Made by a program: the position numbers and the translations under genes. The notes below the pieces were generated by a model. It was given only the letters and a program-made list of their open reading frames with translations, was not told the DNA's origin and did not search any database. A DNA stretch of 32,000 nucleotides, taken from contig CP104013.1 in NCBI GenBank assembly GCA_025839675.1, positions 4,860,001 through 4,892,000 of the forward strand, read 5' to 3'. Source of the stretch: Candidatus Lokiarchaeum ossiferum (GTDB lineage: Archaea; Asgardarchaeota; Lokiarchaeia; Sigyniarchaeales; Promethearchaeaceae). Below, one piece after another: positions 17,652 through 25,343 of this stretch; position 1 is the stretch's first letter; each line of letters begins with the position of its first letter.

Positions 17652-18314
17652 ATGAGCATTAATAAAAACAATTCAAAATTAAAAAAAAATTCCGATATTG
17701 CAGTTCCCAGAGAAGTTAAAAATAAGGTAACTTTGCGAATTGAAAATGTCGTAGCTAGCGTAAAAGTGGGCACTTTTATAGATCTCAATAAACTATTAGA
17801 AAAATATAAAGATATTGAAAAGAAAGAAAATTTTCCAGGATTAGTCGTAAAAATGAAAAATCCTAAGGCAACCATATTGATTTTCTCTTCTGGTAAGATG
17901 GTGGCCACAGGTGTTCGACTTGTCAAACATCTTCCCATAGTTGTGGAAAAAGTCGTCAAAAAGATGGAAAATGCAGGGATTGAAATTGAGATGGAACCAG
18001 AGGTAAAAATTGAAAATATCGTTGTGCGTGGAGATTTCCATCAAACTATAAATCTCGATTTAACCTCCTTATCTTTAACTCGGGCAATTTATGAACCTGA
18101 AGTTTTTCCTGGATTAATTTATAAAATACCTGATCCAAAAATATGCTTCCTCATTTTTAGTTCAGGTCGAATTATCTGTACAGGTGCGAGTGATGAAAAT
18201 GTTATCCGAAGTTCAGTAAAAAAACTTGCTTTAGATTTAAAACGGCAAGGTGTACTCGGAAATACTAAAAAAAAAGTAGGTCAATTAGATCTTGATTTAC
18301 TGGACTTGTTCTAA
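17652..18314 (+). CDS. tbp: TATA-box binding protein (TBP) with a ~30-aa basic N-terminal extension
   Basis: Two TBP repeats: IENVVASVKVGTFIDLNKL...NFPGLVVKMKNPKATILIFSSGKMVATG and IENIVVRGDFHQTINLDLTSL...YEPEVFPGLIYKIPDPKICFLIFSSGRIICTGA. Acidic/hydrophobic tail LDLDLLDLF. The start is 12 nt after the stop of the upstream Rag-like gene. Confidence 0.93.
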   Translation: MSINKNNSKLKKNSDIAVPREVKNKVTLRIENVVASVKVGTFIDLNKLLEKYKDIEKKENFPGLVVKMKNPKATILIFSSGKMVATGVRLVKHLPIVVEKVVKKMENAGIEIEMEPEVKIENIVVRGDFHQTINLDLTSLSLTRAIYEPEVFPGLIYKIPDPKICFLIFSSGRIICTGASDENVIRSSVKKLALDLKRQGVLGNTKKKVGQLDLDLLDLF

Positions 18315-18658
18315 TGGTTTTTTTTTGGTATCATGCATATAAATGATACAGGTACTTCATTCTCATTAACATAGCCATGAGGTTCATTTGGTGGCATATA
18401 AACAAATTCGTTCTTAACAAGTTTTTCTTTTTCTCCATCGTTTGTTAGTAGGAACATTTCCCCAGAAAGAATATACATTTCATGTTCCCAAGGATGTTGA
18501 TGGATCCCAATTTTTCCACCTGGGGCTATTTCAAATCTCCGCATTATAAAATTTGGGGCTTCTTCTTCCGAAATAAATACTCGAATATTGGTGCCTGTGG
18601 ACTCAAATGCTGTTACTTCTGTAGGTTCAATTTTTTTGAAATGAAAGTGTTTTGCCAT
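18311..18658 (-). CDS. Cupin domain protein
   Basis: The cupin metal-binding motifs are G-x5-HxH-x3-E (GGKIGIHQHPWEHEMY) and P-x-N-x-PHG (PPNEPHGYVN). 115 aa. Its 3' end overlaps the TBP 3' end by 4 nt in convergent orientation. Confidence 0.85.
   Translation of the reverse strand: MAKHFHFKKIEPTEVTAFESTGTNIRVFISEEEAPNFIMRRFEIAPGGKIGIHQHPWEHEMYILSGEMFLLTNDGEKEKLVKNEFVYMPPNEPHGYVNENEVPVSFICMIPKKNH
18318..18326 (+). terminator. Oligo-T tract (T9) 4 nt after the TBP stop, embedded in the 3' end of the convergent cupin CDS
   Basis: The plus strand reads taa tgg ttttttttt gg. The same bases encode PKKN of the cupin on the minus strand. Confidence 0.4.
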
Positions 18659-18663
18659 TGTTT

Positions 18664-20337
18664 TTATTCTCCTTTATCCAAATTCTGTGTCTGGTTTTCC
18701 AAGTCACTCAAAGTAGATTCGCGTTCTTTAATTATTTCTTCAATATGTGTCTGAATTTCATTCTTTTCTTCAGTTTTTTGTGATATTTCATGTTCTTTTT
18801 TTTCAATATCGCTTTCCAATTCAAAGATGCGGTCTTGGAGCTCAGTTAACATTATTTCCAAATTTAATTTCTCATTTAATACCTTTTGCCTATCATCATT
18901 AATTGTTTTTATCTGAGCAGTGAGCATTTTGTTTTTTTCATCTGTTTCCTTAATGGATTGTGCTAATAGATTATTCTCTTCAAAATATTCATTAATAGTT
19001 TCTCTTAATTTTTCCATTTCTTCCCCATGGTTATTCTCAATTTGGACTTTCTGCTCTTTTTCTGATTCTATAGCTGCTAAATTCTTTATCAAATCTTCGT
19101 TGGCATTAGTAAGTTTATTAATGATAAATTGGAATTTTTCTTCTTTTTTCTTGGAAAGTTGGTTAACTTCATTTAACTGAAAATCAAGTTTTTCTTTTTG
19201 TTTTTGAATTTCTTTAATTTTTGTATCTTTCTGTGCGAGTTGGAGAGTTAAACTATCAGTAACCAACAAAATTTGATCTTGTAATCGAGAGTTTTCTTCT
19301 TCTAAGTGATCATATTTTTGAATTTTCTGCCGAAGTTCTATGATTTCCGTTCTTAACTTTTCTAAATTTGGAGTGTTATCAATTTGATTTGGTTGTTCTG
19401 AAAGCAAATCTGCATCTTTTGGTGACATTTGAGGGGTTATTAATGGTGCAGGTGCCGGTTTCGGCTTTGGAGTTGATTTAATTCCATCTCCTGAAAGTGG
19501 TATTGGATCTGGATTGCTTGGGCTAACATTAGCTGGAAGAGGCCTTCCAAATAAATCTCTTTTAATAGTGGCAGATTCTTGTTGTTCTGCTTCAGGTCTA
19601 GGATTAAAATCAATAATTGTTTCTAAATCTAATTCATTTTCAATCTCATCTTGGATTTTTTTTTGTTTAATACTTTCACGAAATTTAGCCACTGTTTCTG
19701 GTTCTTGTTTTTCTTCCTCATTATCATCGAGGGGTGATTTTCGGGGATGAAATTCTGTTTCACCTGTTCGTATTGCTGGTAGATTTTTAATCTGAACTGG
19801 ATCCTTTCCATTTTTAATTTCAGTAATTATATATTCCATTTGACGTTCATGAGCTAAAATCAAACCCTGTTCTTCAATATCCACTATATTTATATAAAAT
19901 GCAAATTGGCCTTTGACAATTGTATCATATACAATTATTTGGGGCTCAATTGGATTTTTGAACACGTATTTCATATTTTCCATTGGAATTAATTCTAATC
20001 GTAATCCTGCCATCAGTTTTTGGAGATATTGAAGCAATTCAGCACGAGGTTTTATTATTTTGGAGAATTCACTTGATAGATAAGATACTATATTTGGAAA
20101 ATCTTTTGGAAGGATACATTTTCCAGTGTTTTCACTTTTCTCAATTGCCTTATCATAATCTTTTTTCTTTCCTTTTACTTTTTTTACTGGGGGTTCCAAT
20201 ACAATAAATAATAAACCACTACCTGATCGAGTGTTGTATCTTTCAATTTTATATCCAAAACCTGGTGCTGGTGTTGAATTCGATGCTATACGGACATAAA
20301 GGTGATGTATTCGGCTGATTGCGGTAGTTAGATCCAT
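18664..20337 (-). CDS. Hypothetical protein: ~190-aa N-terminal globular domain, acidic/Pro-rich linker, ~230-aa C-terminal coiled coil
   Basis: 557-aa ORF. The linker reads PSNPDPIPLSGDGIKSTPKPKPAPAPLITPQMSP. The C-terminal half is K/E/Q/L-rich with heptad character (LRTEIIELRQKIQKYDHLEEENSRLQDQ...). No TM segment and no recognised catalytic motif. Confidence 0.6.
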   Translation of the reverse strand: MDLTTAISRIHHLYVRIASNSTPAPGFGYKIERYNTRSGSGLLFIVLEPPVKKVKGKKKDYDKAIEKSENTGKCILPKDFPNIVSYLSSEFSKIIKPRAELLQYLQKLMAGLRLELIPMENMKYVFKNPIEPQIIVYDTIVKGQFAFYINIVDIEEQGLILAHERQMEYIITEIKNGKDPVQIKNLPAIRTGETEFHPRKSPLDDNEEEKQEPETVAKFRESIKQKKIQDEIENELDLETIIDFNPRPEAEQQESATIKRDLFGRPLPANVSPSNPDPIPLSGDGIKSTPKPKPAPAPLITPQMSPKDADLLSEQPNQIDNTPNLEKLRTEIIELRQKIQKYDHLEEENSRLQDQILLVTDSLTLQLAQKDTKIKEIQKQKEKLDFQLNEVNQLSKKKEEKFQFIINKLTNANEDLIKNLAAIESEKEQKVQIENNHGEEMEKLRETINEYFEENNLLAQSIKETDEKNKMLTAQIKTINDDRQKVLNEKLNLEIMLTELQDRIFELESDIEKKEHEISQKTEEKNEIQTHIEEIIKERESTLSDLENQTQNLDKGE

Positions 20338-20349
20338 TTTTTTCCCTAT

Positions 20350-20799
20350 TTATTTTTCATTACAAAATATTTGACAGATATTTGTTAATTCTTCTTGCAA
20401 AAATTCAATTGGTAATTCTTTGAAATTTTCTAAAAGTACAACCCTATCTGAATCCGAAATTGCTTCCAATTCTTTCAAAAATTGATTTAATATTATTTCC
20501 TTTTGTTCTGGTGCAATTTTAATCTGCTTCAAGGTTTTGGCTACTTTGATGACATAATTTATATCGTTTTGACTTAACGATTTTCCTTCAGGTGATATTT
20601 CTGAAATTTGATTAAAATTGAGCCAAGGTGCAATTTGATTTATCGACATTGAATAACTATTACGAATCATCTCTTCTCTTGTGTCTTGTTCAATTTTGGA
20701 AAGATTCTTTAGTAGTTTTTTTTGAAAATTTCGTAACTGTTCAATATTTTTTCTGATTGCATCTTTAGAAGACATTATATTATCTATCCATTTGCTCAT
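20350..20799 (-). CDS. Hypothetical alpha-helical protein (149 aa)
   Basis: The ORF is tightly spaced between the divergent TBP paralogue (56 nt upstream) and the coiled-coil gene (12 nt downstream). No motif recognised. Confidence 0.5.
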   Translation of the reverse strand: MSKWIDNIMSSKDAIRKNIEQLRNFQKKLLKNLSKIEQDTREEMIRNSYSMSINQIAPWLNFNQISEISPEGKSLSQNDINYVIKVAKTLKQIKIAPEQKEIILNQFLKELEAISDSDRVVLLENFKELPIEFLQEELTNICQIFCNEK

Positions 20800-20855
20800 T
20801 TTTAATTTTTTGATGAAATTGTTATCTCAAAAAGGAGTAAAAAGGATAATTTATC

Positions 20856-21524
20856 CTAAAAAAAGAGTTGATCATCATCAAATGGATCATCATCATTAAC
20901 GCGAATAAAAAGATCATTCTCAAAAATATCTGAAATAAGATTTTTTAACGAGTTTTTAACCATATCCATTGATTTCATACCCAATCCAATGATTTTACTA
21001 TTAGAAAAGATTAAAAATGTCCCGCCTGTCGTTGGTTTGATAATTGCTGCTGGAAATTGTTCAGGTTCATATAAGCAATTTGTTAAAGTTAAACAAGCCA
21101 TTTCTAAATTAATTATTTTTCCTAATTGGGACATTACTACCAGATTTTGAATCTCTGTTGTCATTTCTGAAAATTCGAGCTTACCCTTATTACGCAAGTG
21201 ATCGATTATTTTTAATCGTAAAGGCTCAATAGTTTCTCTTTTTTTAATACCTGTTAAAATTAATTTACCATTTTTAAATAAAATAACTGAAATTTCATCA
21301 ATTTTGAATAAAACGCATGGAAATCTATTCAGTCTTTTGACAGTAATCCGCTTTTCTAGTTCTTCGAAATTTATTTTAGATTCAGGATCTGGACGCGTCA
21401 TCTTCGCTAAACACACAATATTAATTATTTTGTATGGAAAATTGGTTGCATCGTCTGTTAAAGTTTCTTCTAATGATCCAGGATAAACATCGATTTGATT
21501 TGGGGGTAATTCTATAAGTTCCAT
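20856..21524 (-). CDS. Divergent TATA-box binding protein paralogue (TBP-like, 222 aa)
   Basis: The two-repeat TBP pattern is retained but diverged: IINIVCLAKM...NRFPCVLFKIDEISVILFKNGKLILTG and IQNLVVMSQLGKIINLEMACL...YEPEQFPAAIIKPTTGGTFLIFSNSKIIGLG. All four Phe positions equivalent to the DNA-intercalating Phe residues are present. Acidic N-terminus and an acidic tail DDDPFDDDQLFF. Confidence 0.8.
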   Translation of the reverse strand: MELIELPPNQIDVYPGSLEETLTDDATNFPYKIINIVCLAKMTRPDPESKINFEELEKRITVKRLNRFPCVLFKIDEISVILFKNGKLILTGIKKRETIEPLRLKIIDHLRNKGKLEFSEMTTEIQNLVVMSQLGKIINLEMACLTLTNCLYEPEQFPAAIIKPTTGGTFLIFSNSKIIGLGMKSMDMVKNSLKNLISDIFENDLFIRVNDDDPFDDDQLFF

Positions 21525-21802
21525 TTTGTTAATACTCCTTTATATTTTTTAAGTTTTAGTTTTTAATGCATTTCTGCATTTTAGTTTAAATTTCTTTGTT
21601 TGAGAGTATGTAGTTCTTGTGAAAACCAACTAATAAATATCTTTTGCAATTGGAATAATATCTTCGTATTTGTAATAATTCTAGCACAAAGTTTTGTAAT
21701 GATTACAACTTGTCTTTGAGGCATAAAAATTATTCTATAGGAGAGATCATTCTATGCCCATAAGAAAATAAGGATAAAACTTTTTTTTAATTAATTAAAA
21801 AA

Positions 21803-22081
21803 TTAATCTCCGGACATTTCTAGTAATTCTCCGAAGGCTTCACGTTCATCTTCTGTCATAGATTTATTTTTTTTATTTTGTTCTTCAATCACTGCAGTCC
21901 GAAGTGCTCGTTGTTTTTCTGTTTTTTTACTTTTTTTAGCGGCAGCTGCTTTCTTATATTGATCGAGTTTTACTTTTTCCTTTTCCTTTATTGGGATGCT
22001 TGTTTTACAAACTCGACAGAACAACTCATTTGTTCTTTTCTTTGGGAGTAAAATATTCCCACATTCGGCACAAAATTCCAT
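21803..22081 (-). CDS. Zinc-ribbon protein resembling only the N-terminal ribbon of RPB9/RpoM/TFS, followed by a Lys-rich and then an acidic tail
   Basis: MEFCAECGNILLPKKRTNELFCRVCKT is a C-x2-C-x15-C-x2-C arrangement in the FC.eCGn.L.P context typical of the RNA polymerase M/TFS N-terminal ribbon. There is no second (TFIIS-type) ribbon. The remainder is KKAAAAKKSKKTEKQ...EDEREAFGELLEMSGD. Confidence 0.55.
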   Translation of the reverse strand: MEFCAECGNILLPKKRTNELFCRVCKTSIPIKEKEKVKLDQYKKAAAAKKSKKTEKQRALRTAVIEEQNKKNKSMTEDEREAFGELLEMSGD

Positions 22082-22451
22082 TTATATGTTTCTCCGGGGA
22101 TAATCGCTTGTTCCTTTTTCGGGGTTTATTAAATATATATTGTTTTTAAACTATCCTCTCTATTTAAATGTATTCACAACCGACTTTTTCAAATAGTTCC
22201 AACAAATTTTACTAATCGAAAATCCTAAATTGGAAGAAATTCAAACTCAAAGTGGCATAGTTGTTTTAAAGTGGTTCATGGAAAAAACATTGCTTTTTCT
22301 TTATCAAAAATTATTTTTTTATTTCCTATTAAGGAAAAAATTAATGTTTTTGATAAAAATTTAGAACATATTTGAGAAAAGACCGTCATTTTCATTTTTT
22401 AAAATGGAATAGAAGAAAAATCATTAAATCGGAATTCGTTCTATTAACATT

Positions 22452-23210
22452 ATGGGAGTAAAACCAATCAAAAAAACTTTTTCAGTATCGATACAAGCTC
22501 ACCGGGGGTTTAATAAACGATACCCTGAAAATACTCTTCTTGCTTTTCAAAAAGCAATTGAAGCTAAAGCTGATTATGTTGAATTGGATGTTCATTTAAC
22601 TGTGGATCATCATATTGTTGTGACTCATGATTATCAAACACAAAGAGTCGCAGATCAAGATTTGATCGTTGCAAAATCTACTTTGAAGCAGCTGAAAACC
22701 TTAGATTTTGGACAAAAACAGAAAATTCCGACTTTACAAGAAGTATTTGATTTATGCAAAGGGAAAATTGGAATCAATATTGAAATAAAACATTCTGGAT
22801 TGGCAAGGCCTGTAAATGATTTAATTATTGCAAATGAAATGGAAAACCAAGTGATCATCTCTTCTTTTGTTCACTCTGAAATTGCTGCGATTAAAAAATT
22901 AAATTCCAATTTAATTTGTGCTTCCTTAGAACCAACCGCTTCAAGTAAACTTGGATATCTTCTATCCATTTTCAAGCGCAAATCTTTCATTGAAAATGCT
23001 AAAAGATTGAATGCCGATGCAACTCATCCTTATACAAAGCTTGTAAACAAAAAGTTCTGTGCATTGGCTCATGCAAACAATTTGCTTGTAAATCCTTGGA
23101 CTAGCGATTCCCCTAAGGAATGGCAGCGTCTGATTGATGTTGGTGTAGATTCCATTATTACAAACGATCCTCTATCACTTTATGCTTTTCTGGAACAAGC
23201 TTCAAAATAA
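22452..23210 (+). CDS. Glycerophosphodiester phosphodiesterase (GDPD family)
   Basis: AHRGFNKRYPENTLLAFQKAIEAKADYVELDVHLTVDHHIVVTHD is the canonical GDPD N-terminal catalytic region (HR...E.D...H). Length is 252 aa. Confidence 0.9.
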   Translation: MGVKPIKKTFSVSIQAHRGFNKRYPENTLLAFQKAIEAKADYVELDVHLTVDHHIVVTHDYQTQRVADQDLIVAKSTLKQLKTLDFGQKQKIPTLQEVFDLCKGKIGINIEIKHSGLARPVNDLIIANEMENQVIISSFVHSEIAAIKKLNSNLICASLEPTASSKLGYLLSIFKRKSFIENAKRLNADATHPYTKLVNKKFCALAHANNLLVNPWTSDSPKEWQRLIDVGVDSIITNDPLSLYAFLEQASK

Positions 23211-23270
23211 TAATTTCTAACATGAGGTAAGCAAATCTTTTTTTTGTTTGTTTTCTATCTTATAATATCC

Positions 23271-24113
23271 ATGTCAAAACATTTGACTCCCGAAGAAATT
23301 GCTGATAAATGGGCTGAGAATGAAGTCCAATTACCTCGAATTCCATTCTTTTTGATAAATTTGTATCAATTTATTATGCCAATCTTTGTTATCATGCTCG
23401 TGGATGGAATAATATTTTATTGTTATGAAACTTTTCAAGTTTCTATACTGCTCCAAATTATCATATTTCCATTTCTTTTCATCTCCAATATATATTTGAG
23501 CATTTGGTCAATGTCAAAATTTTGTAAAATCTTGCATAAATATTGGGATCGAAAAAGTCCAGCAAGAGAGGCGGTATATTCACGTAAATTTAAAAATGGT
23601 AATGTTACGGATCCAGCGGTACATTATTATCACCTTAGAGGATTTATGTATAAATGGCCTGTATGGGTGGCAAAAAAATCATTTTTTCCTTGGATGATTA
23701 ATTTTGTTCTTCGAGATATGGCAGATAATAAGATTCACCGGAACGCAATGTACGGGGATTGTTATGTTTCCTTGGAATTCACTGATCTGCAAGATCAATC
23801 TGTTGTTATGGAAGGTTGCTGCATATCAAGTCATGTGGTAGATAGTATTTTTGGAAATTTAACTGTTCAAAAAGTTACAATTGAAAAACAAGGGGTTTTG
23901 CATGCTACGGGGGTAATGGCTCCGGGGGGAATTATTTCCGAAGGTATGGCCGTTGGTCCCCGTTCCTTTGTTGTAAAAAGACAACATGTGAGAAATGAAA
24001 ATGCGAACTTTGTTTGGGGCACTCCTGCACGCAAATTTGAATATCGATCATTTTATGATTTGATACCTGAAGATTTCAAATCTCGAGCACGAATCGTGTC
24101 TAATGAAGAATAA
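23271..24113 (+). CDS. Membrane protein with a C-terminal left-handed beta-helix (hexapeptide-transferase-like) domain
   Basis: Two or three N-terminal TM helices (FFLINLYQFIMPIFVIMLVDGIIFY, ILLQIIIFPFLFISNIYLSIW). The C-terminal imperfect hexad-like repeats (VVMEGCCISSHVVDSIFGNLTVQKVTIEKQGVLHATGVMAPGGIISEGMAVGPRSFV) end in W-G-x-PA. I prefer ATG 23271 over the track's TTG 23244. Function unknown. Confidence 0.5.
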   Translation: MSKHLTPEEIADKWAENEVQLPRIPFFLINLYQFIMPIFVIMLVDGIIFYCYETFQVSILLQIIIFPFLFISNIYLSIWSMSKFCKILHKYWDRKSPAREAVYSRKFKNGNVTDPAVHYYHLRGFMYKWPVWVAKKSFFPWMINFVLRDMADNKIHRNAMYGDCYVSLEFTDLQDQSVVMEGCCISSHVVDSIFGNLTVQKVTIEKQGVLHATGVMAPGGIISEGMAVGPRSFVVKRQHVRNENANFVWGTPARKFEYRSFYDLIPEDFKSRARIVSNEE

Positions 24114-24172
24114 ATCAAAATTCAATCATTTTATCAATTTCAGGGTGAATTAGAATCTTAACAAAAAAAATC

Positions 24173-25300
24173 TTGATTACTGGAGGTGCTGGATTTATAG
24201 GAAGTCATTTAGCGGATTTTTTGCTCCATAAAGGCCATGAAATAATTGTTTTTGATTCTTTAGATCCACAAGTCCATCATGGACGGAATCTACCTCCTGA
24301 CTACCTTTCGAAACAAGTTAAATTTATTCATGGGGATGTTAGAAATAGCGAACAACTTGCAGAAAGTCTCCAAGATATTGATGTTGTTTACCATCTTGCT
24401 GCCGCTGTTGGTGTAGCGCAATCAATGTATCAAGTTCAAAAATTTATTGATGTTAATTCCCATGGAACAGCAAATTTACTGGATGTGCTAATTAATAAAC
24501 CCAATCATGTTAAAAAATTAATTGTTGCTTCTTCGATGTCCATATATGGGGAAGGATCCTACAATTGTCCGACGTGTAAAAAGATTGTAAATCCCAAAGT
24601 TCGACAGTTTGTCACTGAAAAAACAAAAGATTGGGAATATTCATGTCCTATATGTCAAAATAAATTAATTCCGTTCCCAACTAGGGAAAACAAACCTGCC
24701 GATTGCTCTACTGTATATGCTCTCTCTAAAAAAGAACAGGAAGATCTTTGTATGATGATCGGCAAGACATATGGTCTGAATACTACTGTATTACGTTTTT
24801 TTGGAACTTATGGAAGCCGTCAAGCATTGTCCAATCCCTACACTGGCGTGTGCGCGATTTTTTCCACTGCTCTCTTATCAAATAATCGTCCTATTGTATA
24901 TGAAGATGGGAATCAAAGTAGGGATTTAATTCATGTTAAAGACATTGTTCAAGCTTTAAATCTTTCAATGGAACGCTCAGAATCAAAACATGAAATCTTT
25001 AATGTTGGAACTGGGAAATCCGTTTCAATTTCTGAAGTTGCTACAATTTTAAGTAATGCATTGGGAAAAAAAATTCATCCTGAAATTTCCTATAAATTTC
25101 GATCAGGCGACGTTCGACATATATGTGCTGACATATCAAAGATTTCAGAAAAACTTGGATTTAAACCTCAATATTCATTTTCTGAAGGTATTTCTGAATT
25201 AATCCCTTGGATCAAAGAAAAATTTATTCTCAATGGTGGAAATATTGTTGATAATTCAGTTAAAGCAAAGTTAGAATTAGAGAAAAAAGGGTTAATATAG
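24173..25300 (+). CDS. NAD-dependent sugar-nucleotide epimerase/dehydratase (extended SDR) with an inserted Cys4 zinc-ribbon-like segment
   Basis: Rossmann motif TGGAGFIGSH, a catalytic Ser region (ASSMSIYG) and YxxxK (YALSK). The insertion is NCPTCKKIV-x19-YSCPICQNKL (24566-24655). The only canonical start is TTG 24173, because an in-frame TGA sits at 24146-24148. This truncates the usual beta-1 strand, although the in-frame upstream codons read IRILTKKI. Confidence 0.85.
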   Translation: MITGGAGFIGSHLADFLLHKGHEIIVFDSLDPQVHHGRNLPPDYLSKQVKFIHGDVRNSEQLAESLQDIDVVYHLAAAVGVAQSMYQVQKFIDVNSHGTANLLDVLINKPNHVKKLIVASSMSIYGEGSYNCPTCKKIVNPKVRQFVTEKTKDWEYSCPICQNKLIPFPTRENKPADCSTVYALSKKEQEDLCMMIGKTYGLNTTVLRFFGTYGSRQALSNPYTGVCAIFSTALLSNNRPIVYEDGNQSRDLIHVKDIVQALNLSMERSESKHEIFNVGTGKSVSISEVATILSNALGKKIHPEISYKFRSGDVRHICADISKISEKLGFKPQYSFSEGISELIPWIKEKFILNGGNIVDNSVKAKLELEKKGLI

Positions 25301-25343
25301 AAAAAAATGAAAACATAAAAAAATTTTCAAAGAGATACGGGAT

